This document shows positions 12,154-23,300 of a DNA stretch of 64,000 nucleotides, one piece after another. The translations under genes were made by a program, and so were the position numbers. This DNA is from Craspedostauros australis. Taxonomy: Eukaryota. Under the pieces are notes generated by a model, which saw only the letters and a program-made list of their open reading frames with translations, searched no databases and was not told where the DNA came from. Position 1 is the first letter of the stretch. Every line of letters begins with the position of its first letter. The stretch covers positions 186,001 through 250,000 of the forward strand of contig JALAGF010004837.1 in assembly GCA_030167865.1 (NCBI GenBank), in the 5' to 3' direction.

Positions 12154-15100
12154 TTAACCGCCGCCTCTGCCTTGGATCGCAGCCATTAGTCCACCACGGC
12201 CTCCACCACCACCGCCACCACCCCCTCCACCACGGCCTTGGATCGCAGCCATTAGTCCACCACGGCCTCCTCCTCCACCACCGCCGCCGCCGCCACGGCC
12301 TCGTCCACCAGAAATGGCTGCGAGCAAACCTCCTCTTCCACCACCTCCTCCTCCGCCGCCGCCTCCACGACCACGTCCGCCAATGGCCGCGAGCAAACCT
12401 CCTCGTCCACCACCGCCACCACCTCCACGACCACGTCCGCCAATGGCCGCGAGCAATCCTCCACGCCCGCCGCCGCCGCCGCCACCACCACGACCGCGTC
12501 CGCCAATGGCCGCGAGCAAACCTCCTCGTCCACCGCCACCGCCGCGTCCACCTCCACGTCCGCCAATGGCCGCGAGCAGACCTCCTCGCCCGCCGCCGCC
12601 ACCGCCACCACCCTTGATAGCGTCCATGAGGCCACCGCGAGGCGGACCTGGCATGGCTGGTCCGCCACCACCGCCACCGCCCATGTCTTCTTCGCCCGGT
12701 GGGGGCTCGCTGTCCTTGAGCTTCTTCTTGATATCCTCTTCGATCTCCTTCTGCGTCAGCAACTTGCGTGATCGCTCGCCGCGCTCGACGCCGAGGTTCT
12801 TCAGAGTGCTTTCGTTGCGCTCGTGGAGACCCTTCAGCAGACCCTGAAGCATGTCGATGGTCGACTTGACACGAGTATCCACCATCTCCATGTCCTTCAT
12901 TCTGCCATTCACGAACTTCGTAAAGACTTCAAACGCTTCGACGAGCTCCTCCGCCAGATTACACTCCACCGCACTTCGAATGTCAGGATTTTCATCTCCA
13001 GCCTTCTTCTTTCCAGAGAGCTGCATTCCTGAGCGTTCACAAAAGTCGAGGATCAACAGCTTGACACCTCCCAGCACGTCCGTGAAGTTGGCAATCTCTT
13101 TCTTCTTCACATCTTCCGTCAGCTTGGACTTGTCGTCGCCCATGATGACAATATCCTCGATCCATTTCAGCATACCGAACTCCATCTTGTCCATGGCGTC
13201 ATCCATGGACTCGCAACTACCGTTGGCCTTGGCGACCTGCAGCAGCTTGCCCTTGTAATGCTTCTTGAGTGCGTCACCACGTTCGCCGGCCTTCTTCTCC
13301 TTCATGAGCTCCTTTGCTTCTGCCATTGCCTTGGCACCTGGATCGTCGGTGTCGGCCTTCTTGACCTCCGACACTTCGAACTCGGGCTCCTCAGTCCAAC
13401 CGAAGTCTCCGTCGTAGTCGATCATCTTGTCGGCCTTCAGCGGACATTGCTTTCCAATCAGCGGGCAGCCTTCGTTTGGATTGGCTCTGGTGGCGTACGG
13501 ATGCGCTCCTGGAGGTCCGTATTGGGCCACGTGCCTGTTCCAAGCGGCAAGATTCTCCTTGAAGTTGCCCTTCATCATGTTGTACCACGTCCATTTCCTT
13601 TCCGTCATCTTCTCAGCCTTCTGGGCCTTCCATTTCGGACCCGCAGGTCGCAGATGCTCGTACAATCCTCGTCGTTCTGTCAGCGTAAGACCGACAACAC
13701 GCATGTTCTCCAGAGTCGATGGATGCATGCGGACGATATCGTCTGGGTCACGTCGGATGAGCTGCAGCACGTTAGTACGCTTGAATTTCTTGGCAATGGA
13801 CTTCGGTAGGTACTGCCCATTCGGTGATGGGTTGTTCACGAGCATGGCCTCGCTCATGTTTCTCACTTCGACCGGCATGTGACGACGCAGCTTCTTGAGA
13901 GACTCGATGTTGGGACCTTCGTTGTCCTCCTCCCACTTCTTCTCGACTCGGTCTTGCTCGGCCTGATATTCGTCTGTCATGACCAGCGCACTGTTGTACT
14001 TTTCCATGTCCTGCTCGAGTTTGAAGTACTCCTCGCGCAGCCGGTTCTGTTCCTCCTTGTCCGGATGTGTGACATCACTTCCTCCAATTTCGTTCATTCG
14101 CTTTCCGATCTCTTGCACCTTCTGCATACAGATGTCGTAGTCGATATCTTCGGCGATGGCAACTCCTGCCTGCTGCAGCTGCTTCTCCAGCTTCTTTTGT
14201 CTCTTTTCTGAGTCCTGCAGGCGGCGGATCAGCTCGCCCATCTTCTCGCCGTCGACGTTGTCCATAGTCGAGATCTTTGCAAGAAGTTGCGCGATATCCG
14301 CTGATGGTTCCGCAGGCTTGGGTGGGGGCGCCGGTGCTGGCGCTGGTGCAGGAGCTGGGGCCGGAGCAGGGGCTTCCTTCGGAAGCAAATTCTTCTTGAT
14401 GAAATCATCTCTGAGGTTCGCATCGCTGGGGAGAGGCTGCAGCAGGAACCGGGGTGGGGATTTGGCCCTTGTGCCATCTTCGCTGCGAAGCTGCTCCATC
14501 TTCTCCGGCAAGTCCTCCATGGACACGATGTTGGCGCCTGAAATATCCACGTTCTCTGGAACCTTCTCCTTCTCCTTGGACTCGTCGGCCTTGCCTTCCT
14601 CTGGCATCATCAGCACGATGTGAGCCATTGGGTTCTTATCCTTGCCATCGTCACCGTCGGCGTCTGTCTTGACCTTGTCCTTGGGAACCAAAACAAGGTC
14701 GTCGTCGATGTTGCCTTGTACCTTGTCCTTCGGGACCAGCACGAATCCTTCTGGAATACCATCGGCGGCCTTTTCCTTGGGGACCGCCACCATACCTTCG
14801 GGTATCGTACGCTCGGCCTGCTCCTTCGGGACCAACACCATACCGTCTGGCACGACTTCCTGACCGGCAGGTACCGGCTTCATTCCGTCTGGCATTTTGC
14901 CATCTTCCAACTCCTTGAGCTTGTCCGCTGGGACCATGACCATGCCAGGTGGAAGCGTCTGTTGATCGGCGGGCACAGCCTTCATGCCCGGTTGCAGCAC
15001 TTGGTCCTCTCGGACAACGGTCATTCCCTCCGGTACAACCTTGGTTTGAGGAATAATCTTGGACCACTCAGAGTCGCCACCGCCTTGGACTCCTGTGATG

Positions 15101-18024
15101 ACCGATGCGCCACCTGCGCCAGACTTCGTTGGCGATGCCTGAAGTTCGACAGGGGCTGATATCGGCTGGGTGGACTGGGTTTCGGTCACGGTTGCAGCTG
15201 CAGCAGCTGGTACAGCAGCCTCTGGCGCAGCAACAGGGGTAGGGGCCGGTGCAGCTGCAGCTGCGGGGGCTGGCTCTGCTGTCTCCATACTTGCCGAGAC
15301 GCTCGCGGACTGTTCCGAGGGCTCTGTTGCCTCCTCTGTGACCAGAGCTGGTGCTGCCTCCGCAGGCGTCTCGGGTTTAACGTCAGGTTCCTCGCTCGAG
15401 GCTGCGGTCTCTTCTGCCGGTGTTGGCGCAACTGCGCTTGCAGCTTGCGCGATGGGAGCCGCGGGAGTGTCAGTTTCCGGGTCTGTTGGAGTAGCGGAGA
15501 CTGCGGGCGCTGCCGATACGTCAGCGACCTGTGGCTCTGCGACAGATGTTTCTGCCTCTACTGGCGTTTCCACAGCTGTTTCCACCTGAGTCTCTGCTGG
15601 TGACTCTGCGGGCGTCGGTGATGGCGCTGCGGCAGGTGTCTCTACCTTCGGTGTTGTAGACTCCTCCGTCATTGGTTCAGTGACGGCCGCAGGTTCTGGT
15701 GTCTCTGCTGGTGCCACTGGTGCTGCAGGCGTTGCGGGTGCAGGCGTAGCCGCAATGTCTGAGGCGGGTTGTGTCGCCGGTTCTTCTGCTGGCGTCGGCG
15801 CCGGAGCTGCCTGCGGTTCTGGTGTCTCTACGGTTTCCGTCTTAACTGGCGCTGTCTCCGCAGCAGGTTTGACACTTGGTTCGGCAGCGGTGGCTGCAGC
15901 AGGGGTTGTCGCTGCTGCAGTCGCCTTGTCATCTTCCTTTGCGGCCGACGAAGATGGCTTCTTGAGCCGACGAACTTTCTTGCCGTCAGGTTTGATGATG
16001 ATCTCGTACTTGTCGGGATCGACAACGCTCGCAGATGATGGTTTCCGGATCCGTCTGACCTTCTTGCCATCTGCTCGCACGTAGATTTCGCCCTTCTCGT
16101 CCTTGCTGAGCAGCTGGTCGCCCGGAGCGCTGGAACTGCCTGTGATTCGCGTCTTTTTGTTGGCCTCATCTGATGCCAGCATGTTACCGAGCGCGCCTCC
16201 TTGGTCTGACTTCTTGGCACGCCGTATTCTTCGGACCTTTGTGCCGTCTGGTTTGGTGATGATCTCGACCTGGTCGCCTGGGTTGACGGCCGACTTCTTG
16301 ACTCTGCGGACCTTCTTGCCGTCGGAACGAATGTATACCTCCCCTGTAAGAGAGGAACTCTTCTTCACAGCAATCTGGTCACCTGCAACAGATGCGCTGC
16401 CACCCACTTTGGATTTCGATGGGCCGCGCGCGTCCAGAAATCCTGCGAGGGATTTCTTGGTGTCGCCTGCGGATGGTGAAGGCTTCGAGGATGAGGAAAT
16501 TCCTGAATCGTCCATTGGTTTCTTCCCGCCCTTCTTGTCGGCTGATGTGATTCTGTCCCCTCCAACTGTCGCGGCACCACCCTTGACCGACGTCTTTGGT
16601 TGCGAATCGAGGAAGCCCCCCAGGCCCCCAGCCGACTGCGCGGAGGCTGCGTTTGCGTCTGCTGCCGGCTTTGGTTTGCCACGGCGGATTCGGCGCACCT
16701 TTGTTCCATCGGGGCGCGTGATGATCTCCACGTTGTCGCGGGAGGCATTTGACGATGACGCAAGCGGCGATGTCTTCTTGATACGTCGAACCTTCTTTCC
16801 GTCTGCTCGGATGTAGACCTCGCCGGTGAGCGATGACTTCTTGTCGACGGCAATTTGATCCCCGGCGACGGATGCGCTGCCTCCCATCCTCTTCGGCTGC
16901 TTGGACGCGCCCTTGTCCAGAAAGCCGCCGAGAGACTGTTTGCCACCCCCGCTACCAGCCGACGTGCTGGCCCCGGCAGCAGCAGCAGTGCTGGCGCTCG
17001 GCTTCGTCCTCCGGATTCGTCGCACCTTGGTGCCGTCCGGCCTGACGTAGATTTCGCTCTGTTGCTCCGGCTTGGATGTGCGGTTGATCTCGCCGGAGAC
17101 GGTCGCTGCGCCGGAGGAAGTTGGCTTGGAGTCTGCGCTAGAATCAAGGAAGCCCGAGAGAGATGGATTCGCCGCGTTGTCCGTGTCCTTTTTGACACGA
17201 CGCACCCTACGCACCTTCTTACCGTCTGCGCGGATGTATATCTCTCCCTTCTGCGTTGAGGTTTTGTCAGAGGCACGGAGTTGATCACCAGCTACCGAGT
17301 GACTCCCCGAGAAGCCCTTGGGTTTGGAAGACTGGCCCTTTTCGAGGAAGCCAGACAGTTGCGACTTGGAAGTGGTGTCGGTTGTTGCGGATCCCGAGGT
17401 TGCAGGTTTGGCGGTGGTGGATGTTTTGTGCTTCCTGACCCTGCGTACTTTGGTGCCGTCTGGCCTGGTGATAATCTCGACTGTCTCCCCTGACGCGGAC
17501 TCGGTCGCCGCGCTCTTTTTCACGCGCCTAACCTTCTTTCCATCCCCGCGTATGTAGACCTCTCCCGTCAACGAGGAGCTCTTGTTGACTGCGATCTGAT
17601 CTCCGGCGACGGACGCGCTGCCACCCAGCCTTGGCTTGGATGGGCCTCTGGAGTCGAGGAATCCTGCCAGGGATTTGTTGCCGTTGCTGGCCGATGATTT
17701 GTCAGCCACGGACGAGGAAGATGACGAGGCTGTTTTCCTGACCCGTCGAACCTTCTTTCCGTCCTCGCGGATGAACACGTCGCCTCTGCCGTCGCCAGCC
17801 ACCGATGCGCTGCCTCCCCTTGATCTCGGTTTTGAATCCCCGCTGCTGCTCGCCGTCGTTGCAAGGAATTGCTGAAGGTTTGCGCCTGAGGGTGACGAGG
17901 ATGAACGACCAGGAGCAGTGCGTCGCACCCTCCTGACCTTCTTTCCATCCTCGCGGATGTACACCTCGCCATTGCCCGTGGATGATTTGCTGGGCACCTT
18001 CTGGGGAGTTTCTTCGGAAGACAT
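12154..18024 (-). CDS. Uncharacterised 1956-aa multi-repeat protein with C-terminal WH2-like/RGG repeats
   Basis: 5.9 kb uninterrupted ORF with ACCATG start context; protein-level repeats with variable codons; helical/coiled-coil C-terminal third. Confidence 0.9.
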   Translation of the reverse strand: MSSEETPQKVPSKSSTGNGEVYIREDGKKVRRVRRTAPGRSSSSPSGANLQQFLATTASSSGDSKPRSRGGSASVAGDGRGDVFIREDGKKVRRVRKTASSSSSSVADKSSASNGNKSLAGFLDSRGPSKPRLGGSASVAGDQIAVNKSSSLTGEVYIRGDGKKVRRVKKSAATESASGETVEIITRPDGTKVRRVRKHKTSTTAKPATSGSATTDTTSKSQLSGFLEKGQSSKPKGFSGSHSVAGDQLRASDKTSTQKGEIYIRADGKKVRRVRRVKKDTDNAANPSLSGFLDSSADSKPTSSGAATVSGEINRTSKPEQQSEIYVRPDGTKVRRIRRTKPSASTAAAAGASTSAGSGGGKQSLGGFLDKGASKQPKRMGGSASVAGDQIAVDKKSSLTGEVYIRADGKKVRRIKKTSPLASSSNASRDNVEIITRPDGTKVRRIRRGKPKPAADANAASAQSAGGLGGFLDSQPKTSVKGGAATVGGDRITSADKKGGKKPMDDSGISSSSKPSPSAGDTKKSLAGFLDARGPSKSKVGGSASVAGDQIAVKKSSSLTGEVYIRSDGKKVRRVKKSAVNPGDQVEIITKPDGTKVRRIRRAKKSDQGGALGNMLASDEANKKTRITGSSSAPGDQLLSKDEKGEIYVRADGKKVRRIRKPSSASVVDPDKYEIIIKPDGKKVRRLKKPSSSAAKEDDKATAAATTPAAATAAEPSVKPAAETAPVKTETVETPEPQAAPAPTPAEEPATQPASDIAATPAPATPAAPVAPAETPEPAAVTEPMTEESTTPKVETPAAAPSPTPAESPAETQVETAVETPVEAETSVAEPQVADVSAAPAVSATPTDPETDTPAAPIAQAASAVAPTPAEETAASSEEPDVKPETPAEAAPALVTEEATEPSEQSASVSASMETAEPAPAAAAAPAPTPVAAPEAAVPAAAAATVTETQSTQPISAPVELQASPTKSGAGGASVITGVQGGGDSEWSKIIPQTKVVPEGMTVVREDQVLQPGMKAVPADQQTLPPGMVMVPADKLKELEDGKMPDGMKPVPAGQEVVPDGMVLVPKEQAERTIPEGMVAVPKEKAADGIPEGFVLVPKDKVQGNIDDDLVLVPKDKVKTDADGDDGKDKNPMAHIVLMMPEEGKADESKEKEKVPENVDISGANIVSMEDLPEKMEQLRSEDGTRAKSPPRFLLQPLPSDANLRDDFIKKNLLPKEAPAPAPAPAPAPAPAPPPKPAEPSADIAQLLAKISTMDNVDGEKMGELIRRLQDSEKRQKKLEKQLQQAGVAIAEDIDYDICMQKVQEIGKRMNEIGGSDVTHPDKEEQNRLREEYFKLEQDMEKYNSALVMTDEYQAEQDRVEKKWEEDNEGPNIESLKKLRRHMPVEVRNMSEAMLVNNPSPNGQYLPKSIAKKFKRTNVLQLIRRDPDDIVRMHPSTLENMRVVGLTLTERRGLYEHLRPAGPKWKAQKAEKMTERKWTWYNMMKGNFKENLAAWNRHVAQYGPPGAHPYATRANPNEGCPLIGKQCPLKADKMIDYDGDFGWTEEPEFEVSEVKKADTDDPGAKAMAEAKELMKEKKAGERGDALKKHYKGKLLQVAKANGSCESMDDAMDKMEFGMLKWIEDIVIMGDDKSKLTEDVKKKEIANFTDVLGGVKLLILDFCERSGMQLSGKKKAGDENPDIRSAVECNLAEELVEAFEVFTKFVNGRMKDMEMVDTRVKSTIDMLQGLLKGLHERNESTLKNLGVERGERSRKLLTQKEIEEDIKKKLKDSEPPPGEEDMGGGGGGGPAMPGPPRGGLMDAIKGGGGGGGGRGGLLAAIGGRGGGRGGGGGRGGLLAAIGGRGRGGGGGGGGRGGLLAAIGGRGRGGGGGGGRGGLLAAIGGRGRGGGGGGGGGGRGGLLAAISGGRGRGGGGGGGGGGRGGLMAAIQGRGGGGGGGGGGGRGGLMAAIQGRGGG

Positions 18025-18239
18025 GGTGACGGATGAAGCTTCCTACTCCCTCGTGAGTGATCTGATGCGTGGGTAGCACGTGTAGAGTAGGTTGATTGTT
18101 GGTTGTGCTTTGACTGTTGGTTGTTGATTGGGGGGTGATGATCGTCTTGCACTTGCACTTGCACTTGCGCTGTCAGTTGTTATTGTTTGTATGAGTGTTG
18201 ATTTGCTTGGGGTAGGATACCAGTGATGCGAGTACTGTC

Positions 18240-18282
18240 TGCAATGTATGTGATGTGTGCAATGTATGTGATGTCTGCAATG
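18240..18282. repeat. 18-bp tandem repeat (about 2.4 copies) upstream of the 1956-aa gene
   Basis: tgcaatgtatgtgatgtg tgcaatgtatgtgatgtc tgcaatg. Confidence 0.85.
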
Positions 18283-20366
18283 CACGACCGCTGACACTCG
18301 GAATGAAGAAGATCGCGCGCGTTTGTGTGTTGTGACTGCGTTGGTGCTTCCGCAAAGGAGCGTTTGGAATGAAGCTCGACTTGTGCCACACACGACAGCA
18401 ACGCGTCCGTTACTGTTGTGTCTATTGTGACTGTTGTTGCTTCTGCTGGCTATTGATGGCTATTGATGGAGTGATGGGAGCAATCCACGACACAACCCAA
18501 TTGACAAGACAACGAATCAACCAGACGACGTGATGGGGAACCCAATCGGCCGGATTTGTCGTCGCGTCCTGTTGTGCTGCTGCGTTGCCGTCAGACGCGG
18601 TGCACCGATGCAGCCCGGACGTCTCGCTTTCGGAGTCTGCCTTCGTTTCTCGCTGGGAATGCCTGTGCGGCTACAGCACACTGGGGAACACCAGACCCTC
18701 TGACCCTTTGGTGCTCTCGCCTGTCGTTGGATGCGACGTGGTCTGGATCCGCTTCCGGCGTCTATCCTTGTCTTGTCTTTTCCCGTTGCACACCTCGATT
18801 CGATCCTCCCTAATTCGCAGTTGCGTTTGGTGCTTCTGCTTGGTGCTGCCGCTTCTCGGAAGACGAAGACGTGCAAATGGGGAAGCAGCTTCGCTTCACT
18901 TCGCTCGGCTTGGTTTGATTTGGGTTGATTTGGATTGGTTTGATTTGATTGATTGATGATTGATGAGTCACCAGACCAAATCAAGAGAGAGAGACGCAAA
19001 CTGATGCGATGCGATGTGATGCAATGCAATGCAGCAAGGTGTATGCGGAAGCATGCAAGTATAGACGCAAAGCAATGGAAGTCGAACAAAAAAGGGTGGA
19101 AAGTCTGAAGGAAAGACGCGAGGGAGACCCGCCAAAGGCTAACGACGACACCTCTCCCTTGCCTCTCTTCTTGCTTCCTCGCTCCGCCCAACCCGTTTTT
19201 TCTCTGGATACGGTTCGTGTGTACCAACACTGTGCTCGTCCTCACACGATACAACACGATGAAGAGAGAGGAAGCAGTCTCTTCGTGTGTCGCAGCGACT
19301 GCACCCAACACAATTCTGTCACTCACCATCTCTCCGCGCACCTGGTTGGTCTTGTTGCCACAGTCAAAAGCACAGCAATACAGTGCGACGCAGCATGGAT
19401 ACTCCTTGTTCAGATCGGTCATTTCTGCCACGGTCATGCGTGAAATCCGTATCTAAATAGGTCGACTGAGTCGAAGGTATCAAATCGATTCCATTCCACT
19501 CGTCTGTGCTTCGTAGGGAAGATGATACAACCGACCAATTGGACCAACATGAGGGACGAGAATATCGTCGAAGGACGACGCGTGCAGAGTTGCGCCGTGT
19601 TTCTTGTACCGTTTGTCCGCAACAGCACACACGATCGTGGCACAACAGAGGAACAGGAGGCTGTTGTGCTGTTGTGCAGAATCGTGGGGAACGTCGGCGC
19701 GTGCGGAGGCACCGCGCAGGTGCGCCATCTTGGCTTGCTGACAAGGCGACGGCGAGTGACGACATCTCCTCTCCTTTCTGCCTCCACCATTGCGAATACT
19801 CCGCGTACTCCAGCGCTTGCAGTCGTATCGCAGCACACACGCACCATACGAAAGCGATCCACTCTCTGCTTCTGCAGCAACAAGCGCGCGTGTACCAATA
19901 CGAACAGTAGAGGAGGGTGGCAGAGAGGAGTCGTACGATACCATCGCTCAAAGATCGTTGGTGGGAGTTGTCGTCATCAGCAGCCAAAGCGCAACTATTC
20001 GGCGGACCACCGAAGTCGTCCATCGCAGAGCAACTGTTCCACACGTTCTTGCTTGCATCGATCAACGCTCGTCAACAGAACTCGAACCCGAGTGCGATCG
20101 TGGAGCGCCCTGTTCGCCGAGATCTCTTTGCGAGTGCGACCACTGCACAACCGGAATCGGCCTGGACTGCGCAGAGTTGCAAAGGGCTGCGTTGAACAGG
20201 CAGTTTATCGCAATTCATCACAAACAGAGACGAAGCTGAAGACTTGGGGGGCGCTGATCCGGACAGGAACGTGGAGATTGAGCAGTGCAGAACCACAGCA
20301 CTCTCCTGATACACCAGGACGAGTGCATCACAGTGCGTAATACTCGCAGTACGCAATACTCGCAGT

Positions 20367-23300
20367 ATGTCGCACAATGCTGCGTCCCATGGCGCCACAA
20401 GCAGCGACCGCCATACCAGCCTCGGCAATGGGGATCGCAGTGATGGGAGGCCCGCTCACGAGAGCAGAAACGGCGAACAGCGCGACAGCCGAAGATACTC
20501 GCGCAGCCATTCGGATGGCCAAGCACGAGGGCACTCGCGGACCCATGGTGATACCCACAGCGATGGTCACAACAGCGCGCACAATGAGCCACGCAACGAC
20601 AACCGCGACGCGAAGAAGCAGTATCGGGATTGCGCCTGCGGTCGTGGAATGAAGTGCACGGGCATGACGCAGGCCTTCCGAATGCTCGGAGATCCACGCT
20701 GCCATTACGTGGAACTGCCCCGTTATCGCAGCAACCCGCCGGCGTACAAATACGTCTTCCGCAACAACCTGCGCGCTGCCTACGTCCGCCATTTGGAGAA
20801 GGACAACGAAAGCATCGGGGCGGACGCCTTCTCGTCCAATCCATCCAAACGACGCTACGTTGCATTGCATCACTTCCATCCCCACGTCGTCAAGACCTTC
20901 TACGACAATCCACTGGCATCGGCCCGTCGCCACAAGGTCCCCATCAGCATCACCGAGTACGAAATGCAGGCGTTGGGAATTGAACGCAGGGAGGAGGACA
21001 GAATCCTGTCCATGAGTGGCAAGCCCACCGGCGGCTATTACTTCGTCCCGCATTACAAATTCGAGGCTGCGCATGAGGATCTCAAGGAACTCATCAAGGA
21101 GCAGCGACTAATACAGATGGAGGCGCAGCGAGAGGCCAAAGAAGCCAAGCACCGTCGGGCCGAAGAACGAAAGCAGCGCAAGCTCATGCAAAGGAGGCAG
21201 GAGCAACAGCAGCAGGAACATGAACGAGAAGAACAGCGGCAACAAATGCAGCAGCAAATGGAGCGTGAGCAACAAATACAACGGCAAATACAACAGGGAC
21301 AACAAGGACAGCAAGAACAGCACCAGCCGCAGGAAATAAATTCGAAGGAGCCACCGACCGACATGGAAATATTGTCCTCGACGTCCCGAACCACCACAAC
21401 CACCACGAGCGCGCCTGCAGCATCGGGGACACCAACGAAGCAGGCGACACCTGCAACCCCGCAGGATCAATCCGCAACGACGCAGCCTCCTCAACAGCGC
21501 TCATCTCTGCAAGCTGAGCAACCGCAGGCGCCAACAATTGGTTCACCGTCATCGACGGAGGATGGCGCTTCATCTCCAACAGATGCCACGCCTGTGCAAC
21601 AACAAGCGGCGCAACAAAGGCAAGTGAAAGAACAAGAAGACCAACAGCAACAGGTGCTTCCAGATCAACAAATCATGCAAAGCCTCGCTTCCGTCGCGGC
21701 GGCAACGGATGGAATCATGCACCATACTGATGCTGATGTCGATGCCGACGCCACTGCGGTTGACGACCACACTCGTGGAATCGTCAAGGAGATAGTTTCT
21801 GAGCAACTCGCTGACACTGGCACTGAGGATGGGGAGATCCAAAGCGAGGACGTACAAATGCCACAATCAGCCGTCGCGGACAATGCGCCAATGCAGTCAG
21901 AAGACACTTTGAACGGTGACGATCGCAGTCCTCATATCGTCGTTGTCGATTCCGAAACCCAAACTAATGTTGATGCTCATTCTGCTGTCAATCACATTGG
22001 CAATGCACATGCCCATGTCAGTGGCTTTGGTGACGACGATGACGAAGGTGATGATTTCGATAAGCTGTGGAACGACGAAAAGGACGACTCGCAAGCAGGA
22101 ATTGAAGTCACTCCTGCGCCTCCAGCATACGACAAGACAGATGAGGACGGTCAGAATGAGAGCGAACAGCGTTCCTCGCACGGATTGCCCGAGATCCTTG
22201 ATGTTGCGTCCGAAAGAATGGATTCAGTGCAATCGCATAGCGTAGCTGTCAAGCAGGATGAGCCTCCTTTGGGTGAGACCGATCAAAGTGAGATGCAGCA
22301 TCCTGGCGACGGTGCAAACAATCAAGCCAAGATGTCCGATGAACTGCACTCGCTTGGTGAACACGAACAAGAGGAAGCGAAACCTGGAGAGGATGAAGAT
22401 GAGGATGATGAAGTGGAGAATTCCAAGCACATCATCGACGCACACAGCCCAATCCTTTCCACACCACCGCGAGCCCCACGATTCGACAACATTCGCGGCA
22501 CGGGGAAGCGACGATCACTGGTGCACGAATGGGAAGCACGAGCGAAGGAGGAAGAGTTGCAGGTGGAAGTGGGGACACGCAAGCTGGAACACCGTTTCGT
22601 CAATGAAACTCCTGTGATGATGGCTGCTCAATCTCAGACCACAAAGGCTCAGGCGAATGGAGACGAGAGAATGGCGTCGAATGATCATGCAAGCAAAGCA
22701 GGGTTTGATGGTGATTCCCCACTGAAAGTCGAAGCCAATGGCAATGATAATGACAACGGACACGCCGGACCAAACGTGGAGGACGACGGCCCATTCGACC
22801 GCGTTATTCCCGAAGAGGAAGCCGTTACGCACGCAGTCGACACAGCTGCTACCTCTTCGGCATCTGCACCCACAACGCCAGTAGCGACGCCCTCGGCTCA
22901 GCCGATACCGTTGGCACTTTCACCGCAGCGAATGTCGGTAATTGTCGAGGGACATGAGACCAAAACCTCCCAACGGCACATGCGCTTCTTCAGAGACCTG
23001 GACATCGGAGCAACCAATTCAATGGATAGTCAGGATAAATCCAGAGACTCTGCAATCTCGCAGCCATCGATGGCAGGGGACATTATCTCGCTGTCGCACC
23101 AAATGCCAGGCTCCGATCCAACCCTGCGAATCCAAGTGCACAATGACCTCATAGCGTGGGAATCAAAGCGTCGGTCCGACATAATGGCAGACTTGGAATA
23201 CCTGAATGGGGAATGGAAGGCAGCCAAGGATATCTTGGCCGAGGGGATTGAAGAGGTCAAAATCGCAGAACGGTTGGTCGTTGGAACATCCAAGGCGGGC

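Noticed and set aside
12314-12847. Poly-Pro formin/extensin-like ORF on the + strand
   Set aside because: It is the reverse complement of the poly-Gly tail of the 1956-aa gene.
18043-20340. ORFs of 230-306 aa in the divergent intergenic region
   Set aside because: They run through microsatellites, are Cys/Arg-rich and lack coding-like codon usage.
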